A DNA stretch of 64,000 nucleotides from Candidatus Latescibacterota bacterium (GTDB lineage: Bacteria > Latescibacterota > UBA2968 > UBA8231), in contig OZ242214.1 of NCBI GenBank assembly GCA_965206595.1, positions 512,001-576,000 on the forward strand, in the 5' to 3' direction. How positions within the stretch are numbered: position 1 is the stretch's first letter; each line of letters opens with the position of its first letter. The notes under the pieces were generated by a model. That model worked only from the letters and a program-made list of their open reading frames with translations. It was not told the DNA's origin and made no database searches. Shown here piece after piece: positions 10,678-18,525 of this stretch. Position numbers and translations under genes: made by a program.

Positions 10678-10929
10678 ATGAGAAATCGGTTGAAGCAGAG
10701 CATGAAGGCCGTCCTCGCCATCCTGGCGGGCGCCCTGCTGACCACCGGAGGTTTGTCCTGGGTGGAGGCCGACTCGCAGGCCGGTTGGCACCACGACCAC
10801 ACCGTGTACGCCTTCACGAACAGCGAGGCGAACGGAAAATGCAGCTATAGCTGCTCCCAGGCTGGGCATTCCAAGTACGATGCTACCAACATCGGCCCGG
10901 GGACTTGGTTGTGCGAGTGCAAGGACTGA
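10678..10929 (+). CDS. Small secreted cysteine-containing peptide (CxxxC...CxC)
   Basis: AAGGAGG RBS, Sec-type signal ending VEA, 52-aa mature part with four Cys, and its own promoter and terminator. Confidence 0.75.
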   Translation: MRNRLKQSMKAVLAILAGALLTTGGLSWVEADSQAGWHHDHTVYAFTNSEANGKCSYSCSQAGHSKYDATNIGPGTWLCECKD

Positions 10930-10964
10930 GCATCCTGCGGCGCTTTCGCTGACGAGGCACTCAC

Positions 10965-11012
10965 GGACGAGGGTTCCGTCCCCTTCAGGGGGTGGGCCCT
11001 CGTCCTTATTCT
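10965..11012 (+). terminator. Probable intrinsic terminator
   Basis: Hairpin GGACGAGGG...CCCC-TTCA-GGGG...CCCTCGTCC followed by TTATTCT. Confidence 0.6.
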
Positions 11013-11114
11013 TCCTGAAGAGGAGGCCCTGTACCCGTTCAGGATTCAGAAAATCGAAAGGGAACGGGGAAAGCCCTGTCGAGCCCATGTCGGGCGACCA
11101 GAAGGAGGAGACAG

Positions 11115-12116
11115 ATGGTCCCTGTGTGCATCCGGAATCAGTGGAGCATGGCCCTCGGCCTGCTCGTCGGCTCGGCCCTGTGGGCCGGCCTGCCTGCCCG
11201 GGCAGAAGCCCACGTCGGCAGTCGAGTCTTCCCTGTCCCCGAGCTGACCGACGAGATGCTGGAACAGATTCAGCTCGACGGCTATGTGTACGAAGAGTGG
11301 TTCGATCAGATCGGCGAACCTGCCCTGACCTCGGTGGATTTCCTGAATACCGGGAAAGAACCACATGATCCGGCCGACCTGGACTTCCGCATCTGGCTGG
11401 CCTGGCACGATGAGCCGGCTCGCCTCTATGTGGCCTTCGTGGCTGCCGATGACAGTTACTGGAATACTTTTAGCTGGGAGGGGTCTGGTACCCCAGGAAA
11501 CATGATGGCCGGTTATCGAGGTGGTAACGACGGCATTGCCCTTGGAGTCGACGGAGATCACAGCGGTGGTCCCGGGTTTGCAGGATGGATGGGGCGGGAT
11601 AGAATCGCGGAGAGTAGGGGGAATGCGCAGGCATATCATGCCATTTCCCGCACTCCTGATGGACCGATCCTGGATGACCCGAAGTCCAGACACGTGGGTG
11701 GGGTCTCCTCCTGGATGACCCTGCCCCCCTACGCGGAGGCCGCCGGCGCCGTAGTCGGGGAAGCGCCCGTCTTCTGGTCGATCGAGCTGTACGTCACGCC
11801 GTTCGACCACAGGGAAGACCTGATCAGTCCCGAGGGGTCCGTGGTGAGCGATCTGAGCGCGGGACAGATCATCGGCTTCGCGATTGGCGTGTACGAGAAT
11901 GACGCGGGGGATCCTCATGAGCAGTTGGCGGTGTTGGCACCGGAAGCGCATGCCACGGGTTCCGATAGTGAAATTCTCGACGACGTAATTAATTCTGTCG
12001 CCGACAACTTCCTCGATGGGCTGCTGCTGCCGGCCAACGCGGCCGGACCGGTGGAAAACAGCGCCGTCGAGTCGGTTTCCTGGGGGCGGATCAAGGCCTC
12101 CCTGGAGATGGAGTAG
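11115..12116 (+). CDS. Secreted CBM9/DOMON-like beta-sandwich protein with SWGRIK tail (paralog A)
   Basis: AGGAGGAG RBS, signal peptide ending ARAEA, conserved blocks DLDFRIWLAWHD, DGDHSGG, ELYVTPFD, ends VESVSWGRIKASLEME. The fold assignment is inferred. Confidence 0.8.
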   Translation: MVPVCIRNQWSMALGLLVGSALWAGLPARAEAHVGSRVFPVPELTDEMLEQIQLDGYVYEEWFDQIGEPALTSVDFLNTGKEPHDPADLDFRIWLAWHDEPARLYVAFVAADDSYWNTFSWEGSGTPGNMMAGYRGGNDGIALGVDGDHSGGPGFAGWMGRDRIAESRGNAQAYHAISRTPDGPILDDPKSRHVGGVSSWMTLPPYAEAAGAVVGEAPVFWSIELYVTPFDHREDLISPEGSVVSDLSAGQIIGFAIGVYENDAGDPHEQLAVLAPEAHATGSDSEILDDVINSVADNFLDGLLLPANAAGPVENSAVESVSWGRIKASLEME

Positions 12117-12188
12117 TCCGCGTACGGCGTCACCCTGCGGGCGCCTTCCCTGTCGAGCCCATGTCGGGCGACCAGAAGGAGGAGACAG

Positions 12189-13160
12189 ATGGTCCCTGTG
12201 TGCATCCGGAATCAGTGGAGTTTTGCCCTCGGCCTGCTCGTCGGGTCGGCCCTGTGGGCTGGCCTGTCTGCCCGGGCAGAAGCCCATGTCGGCGGTCGAG
12301 TCTTCCCGATCCCCGAGCTGACCGACGAGATGCTGGAACAGATCCAGCTCGACGACGGTTCGGTGGCCGAGTGGTTCGATCTCGTGGACGAACCCACCAT
12401 GTCCCTGGTGGATTTCAGATGGTACGGCCATATACCTGACCCCTCTGACCTGGACTTCCGCATCTGGCTGGCTTGGCACGATGAGCCGGATCGGCTCTAT
12501 GTCGCGTTCACGGCCAGCGACGACGCGCACCTCATATATGATGGAGATACTGAATACTATTTGGGCGAACCCGAACTTATCCTGGCTATCGACGGAGATC
12601 ACAGCGGCGGGGGGAGTGGTTTGGAATCCTGGGAAGCAGGGGATTATTGGGGGAACGCGCAGCAATACGGGGCAATTGCCCGTACGGCCGACGGCCGCAC
12701 TGCGTTGTTCGGCCATTTAAAGACCGGCTTGAGTGGCGGGTACACGACAACTAACAGGTATGATTCCTGGATGTTCTTTCCTCCCTACGGAGACGCAGGC
12801 GGTGACGTCGTCTGGGGAAACCCGATCATCAGGGTAATCGAGCTGTACGTCACTCCATACGACGGTTGGCAGGGAATCGACAGTCGGCCTGAAGACGTCG
12901 TGGTCAGCGATCTGACCGCAGGAGAGGTCATCGGCTTTGCGATCCTCGTGGGCGAAAGAGATGACGAATACAGCCGGGGCACCTTGACGCCTGAAGCAGT
13001 CCAGACGGAAGACCCGGAACTGGACATACTGTCCCATTACCGGGCGGATGTCTACCTGGACGGGCTGCTGCTGCCGGCCACCGCGGCCGGACCGGTGGAA
13101 GACAGCGCGGTCGAGTCGGTTTCCTGGGGGCGGATCAAGGCTTCGCTGGAGTTCGAATAG
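12189..13160 (+). CDS. Secreted CBM9/DOMON-like beta-sandwich protein with SWGRIK tail (paralog B, tandem duplicate)
   Basis: The upstream ~40 bp, 5' end and 3' end are near-identical to paralog A, with the same conserved blocks. Confidence 0.8.
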   Translation: MVPVCIRNQWSFALGLLVGSALWAGLSARAEAHVGGRVFPIPELTDEMLEQIQLDDGSVAEWFDLVDEPTMSLVDFRWYGHIPDPSDLDFRIWLAWHDEPDRLYVAFTASDDAHLIYDGDTEYYLGEPELILAIDGDHSGGGSGLESWEAGDYWGNAQQYGAIARTADGRTALFGHLKTGLSGGYTTTNRYDSWMFFPPYGDAGGDVVWGNPIIRVIELYVTPYDGWQGIDSRPEDVVVSDLTAGEVIGFAILVGERDDEYSRGTLTPEAVQTEDPELDILSHYRADVYLDGLLLPATAAGPVEDSAVESVSWGRIKASLEFE

Positions 13161-13404
13161 CCGTACCGCCATCCCCTTCGTCCGCGGTTCATTTGTGCCC
13201 GACGAATTCTTCAGCCGCGGAACCAATCGCCCAACTCTCCATCGACGACGAATGGCTCGATAACCCGATCATCCTGCCCCAGGGCCAAGTCTGGGGCAGG
13301 CCCCAAGACCACGACGCCTGTCAGGAACAGCTCTTCCTCCCCGCCTGGCGCCGCGCTGCCGTCGACGGCCGGGTCTGCTTCGGGGCCGGACCGCGCCCGT
13401 ACGT

Positions 13405-14958
13405 TCACGAGCCCGGCGAGTCGACGAACTGGAACGCGTACAGCTTGCAGTCGCGCATGACGAAGCGGATCCGGACCGGTTTTCCCGATAACGCGCCGAC
13501 ATCCTCGCTTTTCCCCCAGCGCACCGGCATGCGCACCGAGTTGCCGCAGATCCAGGATGCATCCTCCTCCGTGTAGCCGCTGAGCGGCCGGCCCTCCGCA
13601 TCCTGAAGCTCCACGCGCACGGCGCCGCCCCCTCCGGTGTCGAGGTTCAGCTCCAGACGCTGGCCCTCGAAGCGGACAACCGGCGTGACGATTTCGCCGC
13701 CGCCGTAGCCCGCATCCGCCGATACGAACCCGTCCAAGCGAAGAATGGCGCGGCCGATGCCGGAAAGGTGGCCCTTGCCCGCCGGGTCGAGGAGGCCGTC
13801 GTGGTCCCGGTTGGTGCCGCTGAAGTAGATCCAGATTTCGTCACCCATCCGCACCGGATGCGGCATGCCCCAGATCATGCGTGAGGAGAAACTGCCTTCC
13901 GGCCCCGGGCTCAGGAAGGGCCGGCGTCCGCCGCAGCGCTGGAAGTTCACTCCGTCGCGGCTCACCGACAGACGCACGTCGAAGCGGCTTGGGCCGTGGA
14001 TCTGCTGCGTCTCGGTGCGCACGACATCCAGGTCGTCGCGGACTGTGGTCACCACCGGCTCGCGGTTGAACCAGTACCAATTGGCGTTGGCGAACATGAC
14101 GTACACGCCGTCGGGGTCCGGGTACTTGAACACGGCGGCGCCGTAGTAGTCCATCGGCACCCTGCCGTAGGGTTTTTCCGGCGCCGTGGGATCCAGCGGG
14201 GGGCCGGTCTCGTATGTCGCCAGGTCTACCTCGTCCGGCCACATGACCGTCTTCTGGTTGTCCCAGTTGACGAGATCGTCGGACTCGAGCCTTCTGACCG
14301 TCCGGTAGTTCTCGTTTCCCTGAGCGGTGGTGTGGCGTTTTGCGACCCAGCGGCGGGTGTAGAGGACGTAGCGACCGATGGCCGGATCCCGGAAAATGAT
14401 GCTCTGCGTATCCCAGCCGCCCCGGTGCGGGAGCTGTATGCGGCGAAGGAATTTCCAGTGGATGCCGTCCGGCGAGCCGTGCATGTGGAACTGCATCGCC
14501 ACTTCGGGATTGTAGACCTTCGACTGGTTCTTGTAGCGCTCTTCCGCCGGGGCATTGGGGTCGATCCAGACCGAGCTGCCGCCGAGCTTGCTCGGGAGGA
14601 CGATGTTGTTGACGGTCGACCCGCCCTCGTCGATGAGGTTCAACTCCGGCTTGTGGAAGTGGATGCCGTCCGTCGATTCGGCATAGCCGACGTAGGCCTG
14701 GTCGAGGCTGAGCTCGGAATCCTCCCTGGCCCTGCGCACGTGGTACCACATCCGGACGCGGCCGTCATCTTCTCCCAACACGCTGCTGTAGATGCCGAAG
14801 CTCGTGTCGGACGGGTCCTCCCACGGGGCGTCGACGGTCACCACCGGCTCCGGGGCCTGGTAGGGTGGATTCATCGCCAGCTCCACTCCGTTGCCGGTGG
14901 CGATGAAGCGGTCGTCGACGAAAAGCTGCTTGCTCGATCCGATATCTATCGGCTTCAT
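13405..14958 (-). CDS. GH32/GH43-like five-bladed propeller hypothetical protein
   Basis: QLFVDD start, YAESTDGIHFHKPEL, WDTQ, LRLDGFVS; paralogous to 24750-26309 and 26403-27851. Confidence 0.75.
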   Translation of the reverse strand: MKPIDIGSSKQLFVDDRFIATGNGVELAMNPPYQAPEPVVTVDAPWEDPSDTSFGIYSSVLGEDDGRVRMWYHVRRAREDSELSLDQAYVGYAESTDGIHFHKPELNLIDEGGSTVNNIVLPSKLGGSSVWIDPNAPAEERYKNQSKVYNPEVAMQFHMHGSPDGIHWKFLRRIQLPHRGGWDTQSIIFRDPAIGRYVLYTRRWVAKRHTTAQGNENYRTVRRLESDDLVNWDNQKTVMWPDEVDLATYETGPPLDPTAPEKPYGRVPMDYYGAAVFKYPDPDGVYVMFANANWYWFNREPVVTTVRDDLDVVRTETQQIHGPSRFDVRLSVSRDGVNFQRCGGRRPFLSPGPEGSFSSRMIWGMPHPVRMGDEIWIYFSGTNRDHDGLLDPAGKGHLSGIGRAILRLDGFVSADAGYGGGEIVTPVVRFEGQRLELNLDTGGGGAVRVELQDAEGRPLSGYTEEDASWICGNSVRMPVRWGKSEDVGALSGKPVRIRFVMRDCKLYAFQFVDSPGS

Positions 14959-15078
14959 GATGCCCTCGTTGCAGACCCGCGGTTTGCGCCCTCCCGCGGG
15001 TTTCGCCCGCGCGCGGTTTGTCTATCATTGACGGTTTGCAATCGGGGGCGAATCTATGAGAGCTGAACCAATACACCT

Positions 15079-16230
15079 ATGAACCATTCCGTGTTGTACC
15101 GGGACGACGCCCGGTATTCCAGCTTCCCGACCGTGGTAAAGGGAGACCGCGACGAGCTCTGGGTCGGTTTCCACTGGAACTCCCACACGCCGCTGGGGCG
15201 CGGCGTCGAAGGTGCGGCGCACTCTCATTCAGGCGGTCTGGCGGGAGGCGCGACCGGTCACGTGGAGCTGTTCTCTCCGGACGGCGGGGACAACTGGTTC
15301 GAGGAGGGGAAGGACGGCCGCTACCGCGAATGCCCGGAGGCGCTGAGAAGCGCCGTGCTGAGCGACGGCACCCAGGTAAGGATCTCCAGGCCCGTCAACG
15401 CGTACCCGCCCGGGCGCAGGGAGGAGTTCGCGCGGCGAGGTTTTGCGGTTGAGGATTTTCCCGAACGCATCCACGTGGAGCACAGCCTGCGGATGTCGCG
15501 CAAGCGGCCGGGAGAAAGCGGTTGGGAACACCGCCTGCTCAGGAGCGGCGAAGAGCTGCCGTTCTTCGCCCTGGTCCGCAACGGGACCGACCTGAAGAGC
15601 TGCGTTCTCGCCGACGATACCATCGTAAACCAGGTGTACGGCAGCGCCGCGGCAGGCGATCCGTTCCGGGCCTGGGTGCTGCGCTCCGAAGACGGCGGCG
15701 ACACCTGGGAGATGGTGACGATGGCGTACGACGGCGGCGAGCATCCGTTCAACGAGAGCAGCCTCCTGGCGCTGCCGGGCGGACGCATCGTGGCGATGGT
15801 GCGCACGGCAAGCGGCAGCAAACGCATTCCTCATGAAGAGAAGTACCTGTTCCGGACGCACTCGGACGATGGCGGCAGAACCTGGAGCGAGATCAGAAAT
15901 ACCGGATTGTGGGGGTATCCTCCGCACCTGCTGCTGCTGAGCAGCGGCGACGTCCTCTGCAGCTACGGGTACCGGCGGGCTCCGTACGGGGTGCGGGCCT
16001 GCCTGTCCCGCGACGGCTGCGAAACGTGGGAAATTGCGGACGAGATCGTGTTGCGCGACGACGGTCTCACCACCGACGGGAGGGAGGCGGGGAAGGGAAC
16101 ATCCGCTGACCTGGGTTATCCGCGAACAGTCGAGCTTTCGGACGGGTCGCTGTTCACCGTGTACTACATGACCCTCGGCGACAGCGTAACTCACGTGGCG
16201 GCTACCCGGTGGGCCCTGCATCTGGCGTAG
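15079..16230 (+). CDS. BNR/Asp-box sialidase-like protein
   Basis: Asp-boxes SPDGGDNW, SEDGGDTW, SDDGGRTW, SRDGCETW; also YSSFP and DLGYP. Confidence 0.8.
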   Translation: MNHSVLYRDDARYSSFPTVVKGDRDELWVGFHWNSHTPLGRGVEGAAHSHSGGLAGGATGHVELFSPDGGDNWFEEGKDGRYRECPEALRSAVLSDGTQVRISRPVNAYPPGRREEFARRGFAVEDFPERIHVEHSLRMSRKRPGESGWEHRLLRSGEELPFFALVRNGTDLKSCVLADDTIVNQVYGSAAAGDPFRAWVLRSEDGGDTWEMVTMAYDGGEHPFNESSLLALPGGRIVAMVRTASGSKRIPHEEKYLFRTHSDDGGRTWSEIRNTGLWGYPPHLLLLSSGDVLCSYGYRRAPYGVRACLSRDGCETWEIADEIVLRDDGLTTDGREAGKGTSADLGYPRTVELSDGSLFTVYYMTLGDSVTHVAATRWALHLA

Positions 16231-16462
16231 GCGGCCCCTTCGAGCAGGGCGCGAGCCGCATTCGCAAGTGCCTGCGGGCGAAAGTAAGCGTACGAACGAG
16301 GGCACCGATGGCGCCCGGCTCGCAAGGCGCCTGCGAGTCGTACCGGGGATGTACGGAGAGCGAAGGCAACGCCGCGAGCCGGGATGCATCGTCGGCCGGA
16401 TGCACGCGGAACTGCGCTCGCAGGTACCAGGCTTTTCCCAACAGGCCGTGGGCGGGAACGCC

Positions 16463-17665
16463 GTGACGGGGATCGCCGAGCTCGACACACTGACCGTACA
16501 CGGAGACACCCCGGTCGGCTGGTGCGGCCGGACGCTTCCGAACGAGTTCGTCGACGAGGACGGCCGCCGCCTGGCTCGGGAGGAGCGGCGCCCCGGGCAT
16601 TCCGACCCGCGCTCTCCCGCCCGCCGGATCCATGACGACCCGGAGGTGGCGGCGCTGCGGGACCACCTTCGCCGGCACAACGGCATGCGCGGTCTCGAGA
16701 TTTGCGAGCCCTCCGAAGTCGAGCGCGCCGTCCGCATCTTCCGCCGCGACGGTTTCGTCGTCGTTCGCGACCTCCTCGACGCCGACGCACTGAGCCGCTG
16801 GCGCGAAGGCTGTGCACGCGTGCTCCGCCAGATCCTCGAGGTCCCCGGCAGCGACGGCCGCAAGTACGTCAACGAGAGCGGCCGCCTGCCCCACCGCTAC
16901 AGCTATGGCTCCTCTTCCGCTTCGCGCCAGCTGCTGCACGATCCGGTGTGGGCTTCGATGGTCGACCTGCCGGCGACGGCCCCCATACTGACCGAAATCT
17001 TCGGATCGGCGGAATACTTCTGTGTCGGCTCAGGGGGGGACCTGTGCCTTCCGGGAGCCATCGAGTACCAGCACCTCCACGCCGACGGCAGAGAGTCGCA
17101 CGAGATGCCGCCTTCCCGCCTCAGGCAGGCCGAGTCGCTGGGGGTCGAGCTGTCCCGCGACGGCACCACGGGCGACCTCGACGAACAGACCCGGCGCAAG
17201 GTAATCGAGCTGACTCCGCAGCTGGTGATTATCAACTTCCTGATGACGGACATGACCTGGGAGAACGGGCCCGTCAGGCAGATTCCGGCGACCCAGTCAT
17301 CCGTTTTCGATCCGCCTTCTCAGGAAGAGGAACCGGAGTGGATGCGCCTCTCGACGCTGGTCGGGGCCCCTGCCGGGGCCGGCGTGTTCCGCGATCATCG
17401 GGCCTGGCACGGCGGCACCCCCAACCTGAGCCGCCAAGTCCGCGCCATGCCCAATGTCGAATACGCCCCGGCGTGGATCGGCGAGCTCAGGGAGTTCCGG
17501 AAGACGATGCCCCATGAAATCTGGGAGACTCTGTCCCCTCACGGGCAGCGCATCTGCCGCCGCCTGAAGGCCGACCCGGGAGTGTGGCCTGCCGGCGCCG
17601 GGGTCATGCATCCCCTGGCGGGCAGGCGGCTGGAGGCCAAGGAAAAGGTGACGGAGCGGCCATGA
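16463..17665 (+). CDS. Phytanoyl-CoA dioxygenase (PhyH) family Fe(II)/2OG dioxygenase
   Basis: FRRDGFVVV, QHLHAD (HxD), ENGP, WHGGTPN. The GTG start at 16463 is estimated. Confidence 0.8.
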   Translation: MTGIAELDTLTVHGDTPVGWCGRTLPNEFVDEDGRRLAREERRPGHSDPRSPARRIHDDPEVAALRDHLRRHNGMRGLEICEPSEVERAVRIFRRDGFVVVRDLLDADALSRWREGCARVLRQILEVPGSDGRKYVNESGRLPHRYSYGSSSASRQLLHDPVWASMVDLPATAPILTEIFGSAEYFCVGSGGDLCLPGAIEYQHLHADGRESHEMPPSRLRQAESLGVELSRDGTTGDLDEQTRRKVIELTPQLVIINFLMTDMTWENGPVRQIPATQSSVFDPPSQEEEPEWMRLSTLVGAPAGAGVFRDHRAWHGGTPNLSRQVRAMPNVEYAPAWIGELREFRKTMPHEIWETLSPHGQRICRRLKADPGVWPAGAGVMHPLAGRRLEAKEKVTERP

Positions 17666-17882
17666 ACAGCCGGAGATGGGGAAGCCGGACAGGAGGCCCG
17701 CCCCGTCGGAAGGAGCCGGAGTCGAGAGCCGGCTCGCGAGACGCGCCGGGGCGGTGCGCGGGGCGGGGGAAGCGGCACCCATGGTGCTCTCCGGCGTAAC
17801 TTGCGCGGGTGTGGCGCCTGATGGCCGCGCCACTTAGAATCAGGGTAGAACTCGACGCCTCTATTCTACCCTGGAAGCGGAA

Positions 17883-18140
17883 ATGAGCCTGAACATCAAG
17901 AACGACGAGACCTGCCGGCTGGCCGGCGAGCTCGCCCGACTGACCGGAGAGACCAAGACCCGGGCGATCACCGTGGCGTTGCGGGAACGTCTCGAACGGG
18001 AGAGGCGCGAACGCAGCGCCGAGACCCGTGCAAGGGAGTTGCGGGCAATCGCCGAGCGCTGTGCTCGGCTGCTGGGCCCGGGCCCCTCCGCGGTTGAGCA
18101 CGGCGATCTACTCTACGACGAGGGCGGATTACCCAAGTGA
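17883..18140 (+). CDS. vapB: VapB-type antitoxin (Rv0623-like)
   Basis: MSLNIKNDETCRLAGELARLTGETKTRAI...LYDEGGLPK; GTGA overlap with the PIN toxin gene. Confidence 0.9.
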   Translation: MSLNIKNDETCRLAGELARLTGETKTRAITVALRERLERERRERSAETRARELRAIAERCARLLGPGPSAVEHGDLLYDEGGLPK

Positions 18141-18523
18141 TCGTCGACAGCTCGGCTGTGCTGGCCGTTCTACTCCGCGAGGCCGATGCGGAGCGCTACG
18201 AGAAGGCGATCGCCGCAGCACCGAACTGCCGCATGTCGGTTGCCAATCTACTGGAGGTATTCATCGTCGTGGAGAGCCGGGGCGGCGCCGCGGCGGGTCA
18301 CGAGTGCGACGCCTTCATGGACAAGGCGGAGATCGATCTGGCACCAGTCATGCCCGAACATGCCCAGGAGGCGAGACGCGCCTGGCGGCGCTTCGGGAAA
18401 GGCAACCATCCGGCGGCTCTCAACTTCGGCGACTGCTTCGCCTACGCCCTGGCGCGCACAACCGGGGAGCCGCTCCTGTTCAAGGGCGAGGACTTCGCAC
18501 GCACCGATATCGAGGCGGCGTAA
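18137..18523 (+). CDS. vapC: VapC PIN-domain toxin
   Basis: MIVDSSAVLA...LNFGDCFAYALA...LLFKGEDFARTD. Confidence 0.92.
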   Translation: MIVDSSAVLAVLLREADAERYEKAIAAAPNCRMSVANLLEVFIVVESRGGAAAGHECDAFMDKAEIDLAPVMPEHAQEARRAWRRFGKGNHPAALNFGDCFAYALARTTGEPLLFKGEDFARTDIEAA

Positions 18524-18525
18524 TC

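Noticed and set aside
11115-13160. Diversity-generating retroelement explanation for the variable paralogs
   Set aside because: No reverse transcriptase in the window, and the differences include indels and are not adenine-specific.
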